Of a DNA stretch of 64,000 nucleotides, positions 22,757 to 31,202 are shown piece after piece. Below the pieces are notes generated by a model. That model was not told where the DNA came from. It worked only from the letters and a program-made list of their open reading frames with translations, and searched no databases. Each line of letters starts with the position of its first letter. The first letter of the stretch is position 1. A program made the position numbers and the translations under genes. The DNA lies in the NCBI GenBank assembly GCA_001794825.1, contig MGLK01000026.1, positions 19,619 through 83,618 on the forward strand. The letters run 5' to 3'. Origin of the DNA: Caulobacterales bacterium RIFCSPHIGHO2_01_FULL_70_19 (GTDB taxonomy: Bacteria > Pseudomonadota > Alphaproteobacteria > Caulobacterales > Caulobacteraceae).

Positions 22757-23896
22757 CTAGATCGACGTGGGGAGCCGGATGGTGAAGCGGCTGCCCGTGC
22801 CCGGACCGTCGCTGTGCACGGCGATGCCGCCCTCATGCAGGTCGATAAGATGCTTGACGAGCGCCAGGCCGATCCCAAGGCCTTCCGCAAATCGGCCGTC
22901 GGGCCCGTGCAGCTGGGTGTAGAGATTGAAGATCGACTTCTGGAGTTCCGGGGCGATGCCGACCCCGTTGTCCTCGACGATGATCTCGACAGCATCGTGG
23001 TCGGGACGGGCGCCCATCCAGATGCGGCCGCCCGGGGGCGTGTATTTCGCGGCGTTGGTCAGCAGATTGCTGATCACCTGGGACAACCGGGTGAAATCCG
23101 CCGTCACCCAAACCGGATCTTCGGGAAGATCGACGGTCAGGACGTGTCCGCCGGCCTCGATCCTTGGTCGGCTCGTCTCGATGGCCGAATCCAGCACGGT
23201 ATGGATCGCAACCCGCTCCAGCCGGAGATTGATCTTGCCCTGGTCGATCCGGGACACGTCGAGGAGATCCTCGATCAGTCTGGAGAGATGGAAAACCTGG
23301 ACGGCCATCCGCTCCCTTATACCGACCACGCGGGAGTGGGCGTCGTCGCGCTCCATCAGTTGCAGTCCGGCGCGGAGCGCCATCAATGGATTGCGCAGCT
23401 CGTGGCCCAGCACGGCGAGGAACTCGTTCTTGCGCTGGTCGGCGGCTCGCAGTTGCGCGGCATAGGCTTCCATCTTGTCCCGCTGCGCCTGGACCTGACG
23501 TCGTTGCTGGAACAGGTCGAAGAAGACGGCGGCCTTGCCTCTCAGGATATCGGCTTCGATCGGCTTCTGAATGAAGTCGACCGCCCCCGCTTCATAGCCG
23601 CGGAACCGCCGCTGATTGTCCGCGCTGCCGGCCGTGACGAAGATGATCGGGACATGGCGGGCGCGGGCGTTGCCGCGCATGAACTCGGCCAGCTGAAAGC
23701 CGTCCATGCCCGGCATTTGCACATCAAGCAGCGCCAGGGCCACCTCATGGGTGAGAAGCAGCTCCAGAGCCTCGTCCCCCGAGCGAGCCTTCAGGCAAGT
23801 CAGGCCGTCACGGCGCAGCATCGCTTCCAGCGCGAGGAGGTTTTCCTCGAGGTCGTCCACCAGCAGAAAATGGATTGGAGCGTCCGTCTGGGTCAT
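22757..23896 (-). CDS. Response-regulator receiver fused to histidine kinase (REC-HisKA-HATPase)
   Basis: REC 'FLLVDDLEENL...ALLDVQMPGMDG'. H-box 'FLAVLGHELRNPL'. N/G boxes 'LLTNAAKYT', 'VEDNGVGI', 'GLGIGLALV'. Confidence 0.9.
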   Translation of the reverse strand: MTQTDAPIHFLLVDDLEENLLALEAMLRRDGLTCLKARSGDEALELLLTHEVALALLDVQMPGMDGFQLAEFMRGNARARHVPIIFVTAGSADNQRRFRGYEAGAVDFIQKPIEADILRGKAAVFFDLFQQRRQVQAQRDKMEAYAAQLRAADQRKNEFLAVLGHELRNPLMALRAGLQLMERDDAHSRVVGIRERMAVQVFHLSRLIEDLLDVSRIDQGKINLRLERVAIHTVLDSAIETSRPRIEAGGHVLTVDLPEDPVWVTADFTRLSQVISNLLTNAAKYTPPGGRIWMGARPDHDAVEIIVEDNGVGIAPELQKSIFNLYTQLHGPDGRFAEGLGIGLALVKHLIDLHEGGIAVHSDGPGTGSRFTIRLPTSI

Positions 23897-24468
23897 TCGC
23901 GGGTCAGGGCGGAAAGATGGTTGGCGATATCGGTGAGGGTCATGACCCGCGCTTGCGGGCAGGCGGCGAGCGCGGCGGCGGGCATGGTCGGCGCGGCCGC
24001 TTCAGCCGGCGCCTGGACGAGGGCCTCGCCTCCGGCGGCGTGGATCGCGGCCAGGCCTCTTGCGCCATCCGCGTTCGCGCCGGTGAGGATGACGCCGACG
24101 AGCGCGTCGCCCCAGGCGTCTGCGGCGCTTTCGAACAGGACGTCGATCGACGGACGCGCGTGGTGAACCGGTTCGTCCGACGAAAGGGCCAGGGAACCGT
24201 CCTGCTCCACCAGCAAGTGATAGTCGGAAGGCGCGAAATAGACCTGGCCGGGAAGGGCCGGTTCCTTGTCTTCGGCCTCCTTCAGGGACGCGCGGCAGCG
24301 GGTCTGGAGGAGAGGGATCAGCGCGTTGCTGCGATCGGCCGGGACGTGGACCGCCACCAGCACGATGACGCGGCCCTCTGCTGGCAGGGCGGGCAGAATG
24401 TCCAGCAACGCCTGGACAGCCCCGGCCGAAGCGCCAATCACGACAGCCTTGCAGGCGGAGCGGGTCAC
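23893..24468 (-). CDS. cheB: CheB-type protein-glutamate methylesterase (catalytic domain only)
   Basis: 'VVIGASAGAVQAL', 'YFAPSDYHLL', 'PSIDVLFESAA', 'ILTGANADGARG'. 4-nt overlaps with both neighbours. Confidence 0.88.
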   Translation of the reverse strand: MTRSACKAVVIGASAGAVQALLDILPALPAEGRVIVLVAVHVPADRSNALIPLLQTRCRASLKEAEDKEPALPGQVYFAPSDYHLLVEQDGSLALSSDEPVHHARPSIDVLFESAADAWGDALVGVILTGANADGARGLAAIHAAGGEALVQAPAEAAAPTMPAAALAACPQARVMTLTDIANHLSALTRE

Positions 24469-25289
24469 GCGGCGCGCTTCCGGTAGATTTTCTCGGCTGG
24501 CACGAACTCCCGGAAGGCGTCGGCGTGGGCGGAGAACCGCAGACTCTCCCTCGATCCGAGGCCGAGGAAGCCGTGGCGCGGCAGGGCGTCCCGGAACAGG
24601 CCGATGGCCCGGTCCTGCAACGCCCGGTCGAAGTAGATCATGACGTTGCGGCAGGAGATCAACTGCATCTCCGCGAAGACGGCGTCCGTCACCAGGCTAT
24701 GGTCCGAGAAGACCACGCGGGAGCGCAGCGCCTTGTCAAAGACCGCCCGCCCATAGTCCGCGATGTAGTAGTCCGACAACGACGAGCGGCCGCCGGACTT
24801 CTGATGGTTCACTGTGAATTTGCGCAGCCGCTCCAGCGGGTAGACTCCGGCCTCAGCGGCTCGCAGGGCATCAGGGTTGATGTCGGTCGCATAGAAGAGA
24901 GTCCGGTCAAAGAGGCCTTCCTCCTTGAACAGAATAGCCATGGAGTAGACCTCCTCGCCGTGGCTGCAGCCGGCTATCCAGACCTTGAGCGAGGGATAGG
25001 TCTTCAGATGCGGGAGCACCAACTCGCGCAGGGCCCGGAAATAGCCGGGGTCGCGGAACATCTCGCTGACCTGCACGGTCAGGTAGCCCAGCAACCGGGG
25101 CAGCATGGCTGCGTCGTGCAGAAGAGCGCCCTGCAGGGCGGAGAGCGTGTCGAAGCCCAACTGTTCGCGGGCCTGAAGGACGCGCCGCTTTATGGACGCC
25201 CGGGCGTAATGCCGGAAGTCGTAATGGTAGCGCTGGAACAGCGCCTCCAGCAGAAGCTGGATTTCAAGATCTTCGGAACTGTCGGGCAC
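24465..25289 (-). CDS. cheR: CheR-type protein-glutamate O-methyltransferase
   Basis: 'SEMFRDPGYF', SAM site 'VWIAGCSHGEEVYSMAI', 'ATDINPDAL', 'ISCRNVMIYF'. Confidence 0.9.
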   Translation of the reverse strand: MPDSSEDLEIQLLLEALFQRYHYDFRHYARASIKRRVLQAREQLGFDTLSALQGALLHDAAMLPRLLGYLTVQVSEMFRDPGYFRALRELVLPHLKTYPSLKVWIAGCSHGEEVYSMAILFKEEGLFDRTLFYATDINPDALRAAEAGVYPLERLRKFTVNHQKSGGRSSLSDYYIADYGRAVFDKALRSRVVFSDHSLVTDAVFAEMQLISCRNVMIYFDRALQDRAIGLFRDALPRHGFLGLGSRESLRFSAHADAFREFVPAEKIYRKRAA

Positions 25290-25296
25290 TGGGTCC

Positions 25297-28200
25297 TCAG
25301 CGCGCCATCCAGACCCGGACCAGCGACAGCAGCTTGTCTACGTCGATGGGCTTGGCCATGTAATCGTTGGCGCCCGCCGCCAGGCAGCGTTCCTGGTCGT
25401 CCGGCATGGCCTTCGCGGTCAGCATGAGGACGGGCAACTTCGACCAGCGACCGTCCTCGCGAATGCGGCGCGTCGCAGTCAGGCCGTCCATCACCGGCAT
25501 CATGACATCCATCAGAACCAGATCCACTTCGCGGGCCGGATCGCCATCGGCGGCGGCCAGGACGTCCAGCGCCTCTTGACCGTTCCGTGCGATCTCAACA
25601 AGGGCTCCGCGAGGCTCGAGCACATTGGTCAGCGAATAGACGTTGCGGACATCGTCCTCGACGATCAGGATTCGTCGGCCCTCAAGAACGGCGTCGCGGT
25701 TGCGGGCCTGGCGGATCATTCGCTGCTGTTCGGGCGGCAGGTCCGAGACCACCTGATGCAGGAAGAGGGAAACCTCATCGAGCAACCGCTCGGGCGATTT
25801 TGCGCCCTTGATGATGATTGAGCTGGAGTAGCGGCGGAGCTGCTGTTCATGCTCCGGGGAGAGGTCCTTGCCGGTGTAGACGATCACCGGCGGGAAAGGC
25901 TGCTCGGGATCGCGGCTAAGCGTCTCCAACAGCGCGAAACCGTCCGCGTCCGGCAGAGTGAGGTCCAGCACCATGCAGTCGAAGGTCTGCCGGGCCAACT
26001 CCTCGAGGCACTCGGCCGCGGTCCCCACCCCGACGGTCTCGACCTGGCCGGAGGAGAGCAGAGCGCGGACCGCGTCGCGCTGGACCGGATCGTCCTCGAC
26101 GACCAGCACCCGGCGAACGGTCCGGTCCAAGGTCTCCTCCAGATGTTTCAGGGCTGCGGTGAGGTCCTCGCGCCGAGCGGGTTTCATCAGGTAGCCGACC
26201 GCGCCCAGAGCGAGGGCGGTCTGGCTGTGGTCGGCGGCGGATACGACATGGATCGGGATATGCCGGGTCTGGTCGTCGCGCTTGAGGCTGTCGAGGACGG
26301 TGAGCCCGGACTGGTCCGGCAAGCCGACGTCCAGAACGATGGCGCTCGGACGATACCGGCGGGCCATCCTGATCGCCTCCTCGGCGGTGCTGGCCACCAG
26401 GCACTGAAACTCCATCTCGCGAGACAGGTCCCGCACGATTTCGGCGAACCGGTCGTCGTCCTCGATCACAAGGAGCACTCTGCGTGCCTCGACGAGGTGG
26501 TCGCGATCGTCCTCGATCGCTCGCGGGGCCCGCATCGGGCGCGCGGGCGGCGCGGCGGGGGTGGGGGACTGGGAGGGCGCCGGCGGCGCGGCGCGCGGCT
26601 CGATCCGCTCTGGATCGTAAACGGCCGGGAGCGTGAGGGTGAAGGTGCTGCCCCTGCCCGGTTTGCTTTCCAGCGTAATGGTTCCTCCCAGCAGGCGGGC
26701 CAGTTCGCGCGAGATCGAAAGGCCCAGGCCAGTCCCGCCATACCGGCGGCTGATGGTGCCGTCGGCCTGCTGGAAAGCCTCGAAGATCGCCGATCGCTGG
26801 TCGGGCGAAATGCCGATGCCGGTGTCCTTCACCGCGAAGGCGATGTGTTCGCCGGCCTTCTTGATGGTGAGGCGGACGCCGCCGGACTCGGTGAACTTGA
26901 AGGCGTTGGACAAGAGGTTCTTGAGAATCTGCTCCAGGCGCTGCCGGTCGGTCTCGACCAGATCCGGGACAGCCTTGGCGATGTCGATCTCGAACGAGAG
27001 GCCTTTCTCGTCCGCGATCGGCTGGAAGGTCTGGAGCAGGTCCCCGGACAGGCGTTGAGGCGAAACGCCCTCGGGCTTCACCACGATATGCCCGGCCTCG
27101 ATCTTGGAAAGGTCGAGGATGTCGTTGATCAACGTCAGGAGGTCGTCGCCCGAGGACTGGATCGTGCGGGCGTAGCGCACCTGTTCCTCGGTCAGATTGC
27201 CCTCGGCGTTGTCGCCCAGGAGCTTGGAAAGGATCAGCAGCGAGTTCAGCGGCGTGCGCAGCTCGTGCGACATGTTCGCCAGGAAGTCGGACTTGTACTG
27301 ACTCGCCCGCTCAAGGTCCTGCGCCTTCACCGTCAATTCCGCGCCGGCGCGCTCCAGGTCGTCGCGCTGGGCTTCCAGCACCTGGGCCTGTTCCTCGAGC
27401 TGACTGTTGGTCTGCTCCAGCTCGACCTGCTGTTGCTCCAGCCGGACCTGGGACTCCTTAAGGGCGCGGCCCTGTTCCTCCAGTTCTTCATTGGAGACCC
27501 GCAGCTCCTCGCTTTGCACCTGGAGCTCTTCGGCTTGCCGCTGGGTCTCCTCAAGGGCGTCCTGGAGGTCAGCGCGGTAACGGGCCGACCGGAGCGCCAC
27601 GCCCATCGCCGGGGCCGCCTGCGACAGGAGTTCGCGGACCAGGTCGTTCGGGGGCTGCAGGAAGCCCAGTTCGACAACCGCGTTGACCACGCCGTCGGCC
27701 ATGGCGGGGGCGATCAGCAGGTGCCGCGGCTTGTCGCGACCGAGGGCTGAGCCGAAGGTCAGGTAGCCGTCCGGCACGTCGGCCAACAGGCGCGGCGCCC
27801 CTTCCGCAGCCACCTGGCCGAGCAGGCCTTCCCGGACATGGAAGGCTTGAGGCACCGGCGCATCCGAGGGCACGCCCAACGTCGCAGCCCGGCGAAACTG
27901 ACCGCCCTCGCCCTTGAACAGGGCGCCGGCCGGCGCATCCGTATATCGGGAGAGAAATTCGAGAATCCGTTCGCCCAGTTCCGTGACCGTGCGGTCGCCG
28001 CTCATCGCTTCGGCCAGGCCGACCTGACCCGCGCGCAACCAGTCCTGACGGCTGCGCGCCCGCGCGCTGCGGCGGATCAGAAGGAAGACCGTTACAGTGA
28101 GGACAATGCCCAGGAGTGCAGACAGCACCCCGCTGATCGTCGCCGTCCGATATGCGGCCTCCATCCGCGCCAGCCATTGCTGCCGCTCACGAAGCCCTTC

Positions 28201-28731
28201 GGCGCTGATCGCGGCGACGCGTTCGCGGATCGCCTCCATCTCGACCTGACCGCGGTTGGTGTTGACAGCGGCGAGGGCGGGCTGAAGACCGCCGGTCCTG
28301 CGCAGTTCGACCGTCCGGCGCAGTTCCTCCATCTTGGCGTCGACGTGGCGACGCAGCTGGGCGATGCTCGACTGCTGACGCGGATTGTCGGCCGTCAGCT
28401 GGAGGAGGTTGTCGATATGGCCTTCCATATCAGCCTCCGCCCGCTCGTAGGGCTCCAGATACTGATCGCGCCCGGTCAGAATGTAGCCGCGCTGCCCGGT
28501 CTCCGCGTCTTGAGCGGCCGCGAGCACCGCGTCAGCGCCGACCAGGACAGAGTGGGTATGGACGACGCGCCGGCTGTTGGCCCGCAGGTCCTGGATATTC
28601 GCGTAGGCGATGACGCCGCTGAGGACAAAGAAGCCCAGAACGGCGGCCAGACCTCCGGCCGCCCACAGTTCCACTCTTGAGCGACCTGCCGGTTCACCGG
28701 CGCCAAACAGCGACATGGGGACCTCATTCAT
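25297..28731 (-). CDS. Hybrid sensor histidine kinase (CHASE3-TM-GAF-coiled coil-HisKA-HATPase-3xREC)
   Basis: TM plus CHASE3-like N-terminus. Q/E-rich coil '[21 protein letters not shown]'. H-box '[11 protein letters not shown]' (His codon 27265-27267). '[13 protein letters not shown]'. Three receivers ('VLLVIEDDD', 'VLVVEDDP', 'ILIVEDDV...DVMMPVMDG'). Start set at ATG 28731; other starts are possible. Confidence 0.9.
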   Translation of the reverse strand: MNEVPMSLFGAGEPAGRSRVELWAAGGLAAVLGFFVLSGVIAYANIQDLRANSRRVVHTHSVLVGADAVLAAAQDAETGQRGYILTGRDQYLEPYERAEADMEGHIDNLLQLTADNPRQQSSIAQLRRHVDAKMEELRRTVELRRTGGLQPALAAVNTNRGQVEMEAIRERVAAISAEGLRERQQWLARMEAAYRTATISGVLSALLGIVLTVTVFLLIRRSARARSRQDWLRAGQVGLAEAMSGDRTVTELGERILEFLSRYTDAPAGALFKGEGGQFRRAATLGVPSDAPVPQAFHVREGLLGQVAAEGAPRLLADVPDGYLTFGSALGRDKPRHLLIAPAMADGVVNAVVELGFLQPPNDLVRELLSQAAPAMGVALRSARYRADLQDALEETQRQAEELQVQSEELRVSNEELEEQGRALKESQVRLEQQQVELEQTNSQLEEQAQVLEAQRDDLERAGAELTVKAQDLERASQYKSDFLANMSHELRTPLNSLLILSKLLGDNAEGNLTEEQVRYARTIQSSGDDLLTLINDILDLSKIEAGHIVVKPEGVSPQRLSGDLLQTFQPIADEKGLSFEIDIAKAVPDLVETDRQRLEQILKNLLSNAFKFTESGGVRLTIKKAGEHIAFAVKDTGIGISPDQRSAIFEAFQQADGTISRRYGGTGLGLSISRELARLLGGTITLESKPGRGSTFTLTLPAVYDPERIEPRAAPPAPSQSPTPAAPPARPMRAPRAIEDDRDHLVEARRVLLVIEDDDRFAEIVRDLSREMEFQCLVASTAEEAIRMARRYRPSAIVLDVGLPDQSGLTVLDSLKRDDQTRHIPIHVVSAADHSQTALALGAVGYLMKPARREDLTAALKHLEETLDRTVRRVLVVEDDPVQRDAVRALLSSGQVETVGVGTAAECLEELARQTFDCMVLDLTLPDADGFALLETLSRDPEQPFPPVIVYTGKDLSPEHEQQLRRYSSSIIIKGAKSPERLLDEVSLFLHQVVSDLPPEQQRMIRQARNRDAVLEGRRILIVEDDVRNVYSLTNVLEPRGALVEIARNGQEALDVLAAADGDPAREVDLVLMDVMMPVMDGLTATRRIREDGRWSKLPVLMLTAKAMPDDQERCLAAGANDYMAKPIDVDKLLSLVRVWMAR

Positions 28732-29109
28732 GACCCGAGCCTTGCCTAAAGGGTGGGAGCGAGAAGGCAAGGGGAGGCCTGGAGGCCGGCGCGGGCGACA
28801 CACGATCGGCCGCGATTGCGGCCGGATCGTCGGCGTTGGCGTTTGCTGACCGGACCGGTTATGGCGGTATGGCGGGGAGTGGAGCCGAGGCTCGCCTTCG
28901 ATCGCTCGCGCGTCACGCGGGTCGGATCCGGAAGGGCGAGCTGTTCTGGCTTTCGACGGCGCAGCAGGCGACCTCGCCGCCTGGCCTGGAAGGTTGGACC
29001 AAGCTTGGCCGGGCCGGTCCCAGGTGAGGTGCTGTCCACACGACTGTCAGGGTCGTCCTGCGGCGCTCGTTTGATCGAAAGTCGATTGCCGCGACGCGAA
29101 CCCTGCTCC

Positions 29110-29325
29110 TCACTTGCCCGGGCCGCCAGACGCCTCGATGTCGCGCACCCTCCAGCTGTAGGGACGTCGGTCGCCGGGGAACTTGAAGTTCGCGCCCGGT
29201 CGTCTCATCGCTGCGGCGACGTAGGACGCGTTCGGCTGCGCGTGGCCGTCCTCGCCCAGAGGCAAGTCAATCCGGAAAGTTCGGACGGGAGTCCCCGCGC
29301 GCAGCCGCTCGACGATCTTGATCAT
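29110..29325 (-). CDS. Small hypothetical protein (possible last gene of the methyltransferase-kinase operon)
   Basis: 71-aa ORF with GGAG 4 nt upstream of ATG 29325, 43 nt downstream of the previous gene. No domain recognised. Confidence 0.4.
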   Translation of the reverse strand: MIKIVERLRAGTPVRTFRIDLPLGEDGHAQPNASYVAAAMRRPGANFKFPGDRRPYSWRVRDIEASGGPGK

Positions 29326-29368
29326 GATACTCCGATCCCGGAAATTCTGGTGACGGCAGGCGCGCCGC

Positions 29369-30097
29369 TCAGGTGCTTTCCGGATACCAATGCAGTGACC
29401 GGTAGCAGGTAGGGGCGTCCCCGGAGTTCAGCCGCCCGATGCGGTGGCCGACGCCCTTGTAGACGTTGCAGCTCTGCAAGACCTTCTTGAAGGAACCTCG
29501 CTCGCCCGCGCCTGACCCTTTGTGCAGCAGATGGTCGGCGCAGATCTGGGCGATGATGGAGAAGACGTCCATGTGGGCCGTCGGGACCCGGGCTTGGCGA
29601 AACAGGTCCTGGACGGGGTCCTCGAGCTTGTCGATCGGCAGTGCGAACTGCGCCACCAGGGCGTCGCCGAGCTCCGCCATTGTCTGGATCTGGTGGTGAA
29701 ACACGGGGTGGCCGAGATTGCTCTCGTCGAGGTCGTAGTGTGCGCCGTAGATGTGGGTCAGCACCCGATCCTTGTAGCGGAAATAGCCGACGTGCGTCTT
29801 GAAGTGCGTGGCCAGGTACTGGCCGGCCTGCAGAGCCGCGCGATCGAACGTCAGTCGCCCTTCCACCACGACGTATATCTGCTTGCCGGGACGATCACCT
29901 CGTTCCGGGACCTGAAAGACCACGGGCTTCATCGCCAGAACGATGTGATCGGCGCGATCCGGGGCCATGAAGTGAAAGACGTCGTCAAACGCCGCCGGTC
30001 TGATCGTGATGCCTTGCTGGATCTTGCGTGCGGACGCGCAGGCGTCGGTCCACGCCCTTTCGAGGCGGCGGGCGAGGCGGCCTTCGTCGGTATCCAT
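29369..30097 (-). CDS. Hypothetical protein (candidate effector of the methyltransferase-kinase operon)
   Basis: 242 aa from ATG 30097 ('MDTDEGRLARRLERAW...'), 10 nt after the stop of the receiver-like gene. His-rich segment 'YGAHYDLDESNLGHPVFHHQIQ'. No family recognised. Confidence 0.6.
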   Translation of the reverse strand: MDTDEGRLARRLERAWTDACASARKIQQGITIRPAAFDDVFHFMAPDRADHIVLAMKPVVFQVPERGDRPGKQIYVVVEGRLTFDRAALQAGQYLATHFKTHVGYFRYKDRVLTHIYGAHYDLDESNLGHPVFHHQIQTMAELGDALVAQFALPIDKLEDPVQDLFRQARVPTAHMDVFSIIAQICADHLLHKGSGAGERGSFKKVLQSCNVYKGVGHRIGRLNSGDAPTCYRSLHWYPEST

Positions 30098-30107
30098 TTT
30101 GTGGGTG

Positions 30108-31202
30108 TCAAAGGCCAAGGAGCGGCGCCCACTCTTCGTAGAAGCCGCTCTCGACCCGGCAAGCGCGGGCTCCATCTGGAACCCAGCTGCTTGAGCTGAT
30201 CGAACAGTCCGATCGGACGCAAACCGGACGGTGGGTGAAGGGGCAGTAGAAGCCGCCGTTGTCGCCATTGCAGCGCGAGCAGTCGTGTCGGGGGAGGGCT
30301 TCGCCGAGCTGCCGCTCGGCGATCGCCCGGTTCAGGGCGCCGATCGTTTCGGCCTCGTCATCCAGACCTTCGCCGAGGGTTTCCAGCCGATCATCAATGC
30401 GATCCCGCCAGAAGAACGATCCGCTGGCGGCGAAGGGGCCCTCGTAGCGGGCATCCTCGAAGATGCCGGCAAGCCGATCGAAGCCCGCAGCGTCACAGGC
30501 GAAATAGGCGCACAGCGCCTTCTCGTGAAGGATCGGTCCCGGATACTTCAGCACCGCGTTGAGAAGCAGGTGGCCGGCGACATAGGCGATCAGGCCAAGC
30601 TTTTCGCTGTCGGTCGGTTCGAGCTCCTCCGGCGCTGTCGCTCGAACGCGCTGCAGCAGGGCTCCGCTGGTCGCGCCAAAGGCGGGCGAATACAGCGCCA
30701 GCTGGCTTTCCATCTCGGGACGGCCCAGCAGGGTCGCCAGGACCGACGCGGGCGAGCGCAAGGGCAGATACGTGTCGCGATCATCAAGGATCGCTGTGCG
30801 GATGGCGTGGAACCCCCGGAAGGCCTGTTCGATGAAGGCGGCGGCCGTGCCGTCGGCCGGCACGCGCAGTTCAAAGAAGTTCGGCTCCTTCGGAAGCGCA
30901 TCGACCGTCTTGCGTGAGAAGTCCCCGACGGGAATCGCGCGTTGCTGGCTCCATCCGACGACGGTCGGCCCAAAGAAGCCGGTCTGGCCTCGCCTGGTCA
31001 GATCGTAGTCGGTGACGATCAGCACCGTGGTTTCGTCGACCAGTTCCTGCAGCTTCTGGAGCGGCTTGTCATGCTCCTCGGGCGACCAGGGACGGACGTC
31101 GACGTTGAGGTTGGCCAGCCGGCTCTCCAGGTCGGCCGTCAGCGTGGCGAGCTGAACCTGATCGTCGTCGACCAGCAGAAGGGAGGGGCGCACGTCAGGC
31201 AT
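30108..31202 (-). CDS. Receiver-like domain protein with unknown central domain and C-terminal Cys cluster
   Basis: N-terminus 'SLLLVDDDQVQL' (31161-31178) and 'VLIVTDYDLT' (31002-31019) fit REC beta1/beta3 acidic residues. C-terminus 'CSRCNGDNGGFYCPFTHRPVCVRSDC'. ATG shares a base with the upstream TGA. Confidence 0.65.
   Translation of the reverse strand: MPDVRPSLLLVDDDQVQLATLTADLESRLANLNVDVRPWSPEEHDKPLQKLQELVDETTVLIVTDYDLTRRGQTGFFGPTVVGWSQQRAIPVGDFSRKTVDALPKEPNFFELRVPADGTAAAFIEQAFRGFHAIRTAILDDRDTYLPLRSPASVLATLLGRPEMESQLALYSPAFGATSGALLQRVRATAPEELEPTDSEKLGLIAYVAGHLLLNAVLKYPGPILHEKALCAYFACDAAGFDRLAGIFEDARYEGPFAASGSFFWRDRIDDRLETLGEGLDDEAETIGALNRAIAERQLGEALPRHDCSRCNGDNGGFYCPFTHRPVCVRSDCSISSSSWVPDGARACRVESGFYEEWAPLLGL

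Noticed and set aside
25849-27750. 633-aa plus-strand ORF inside the large hybrid kinase gene. Analogous ORFs are 31445..33496, 33526..34557, 6036..7523, 7520..8629, 8876..10072, 22721..24166, 56206..57810, 44235..45395 and 60823..61533.
   Set aside because: All are antisense to genes with clear family motifs, and none shows a motif of its own. This is standard high-GC shadow-ORF behaviour.
28804-28828. Imperfect GC-rich palindrome GATCGGCCGC-gatt-GCGGCCGGATC upstream of the large kinase gene.
   Set aside because: The stem is bulged and no T-tract follows on either strand. Such GC palindromes are frequent in this composition, so it is not convincing as a terminator or operator.
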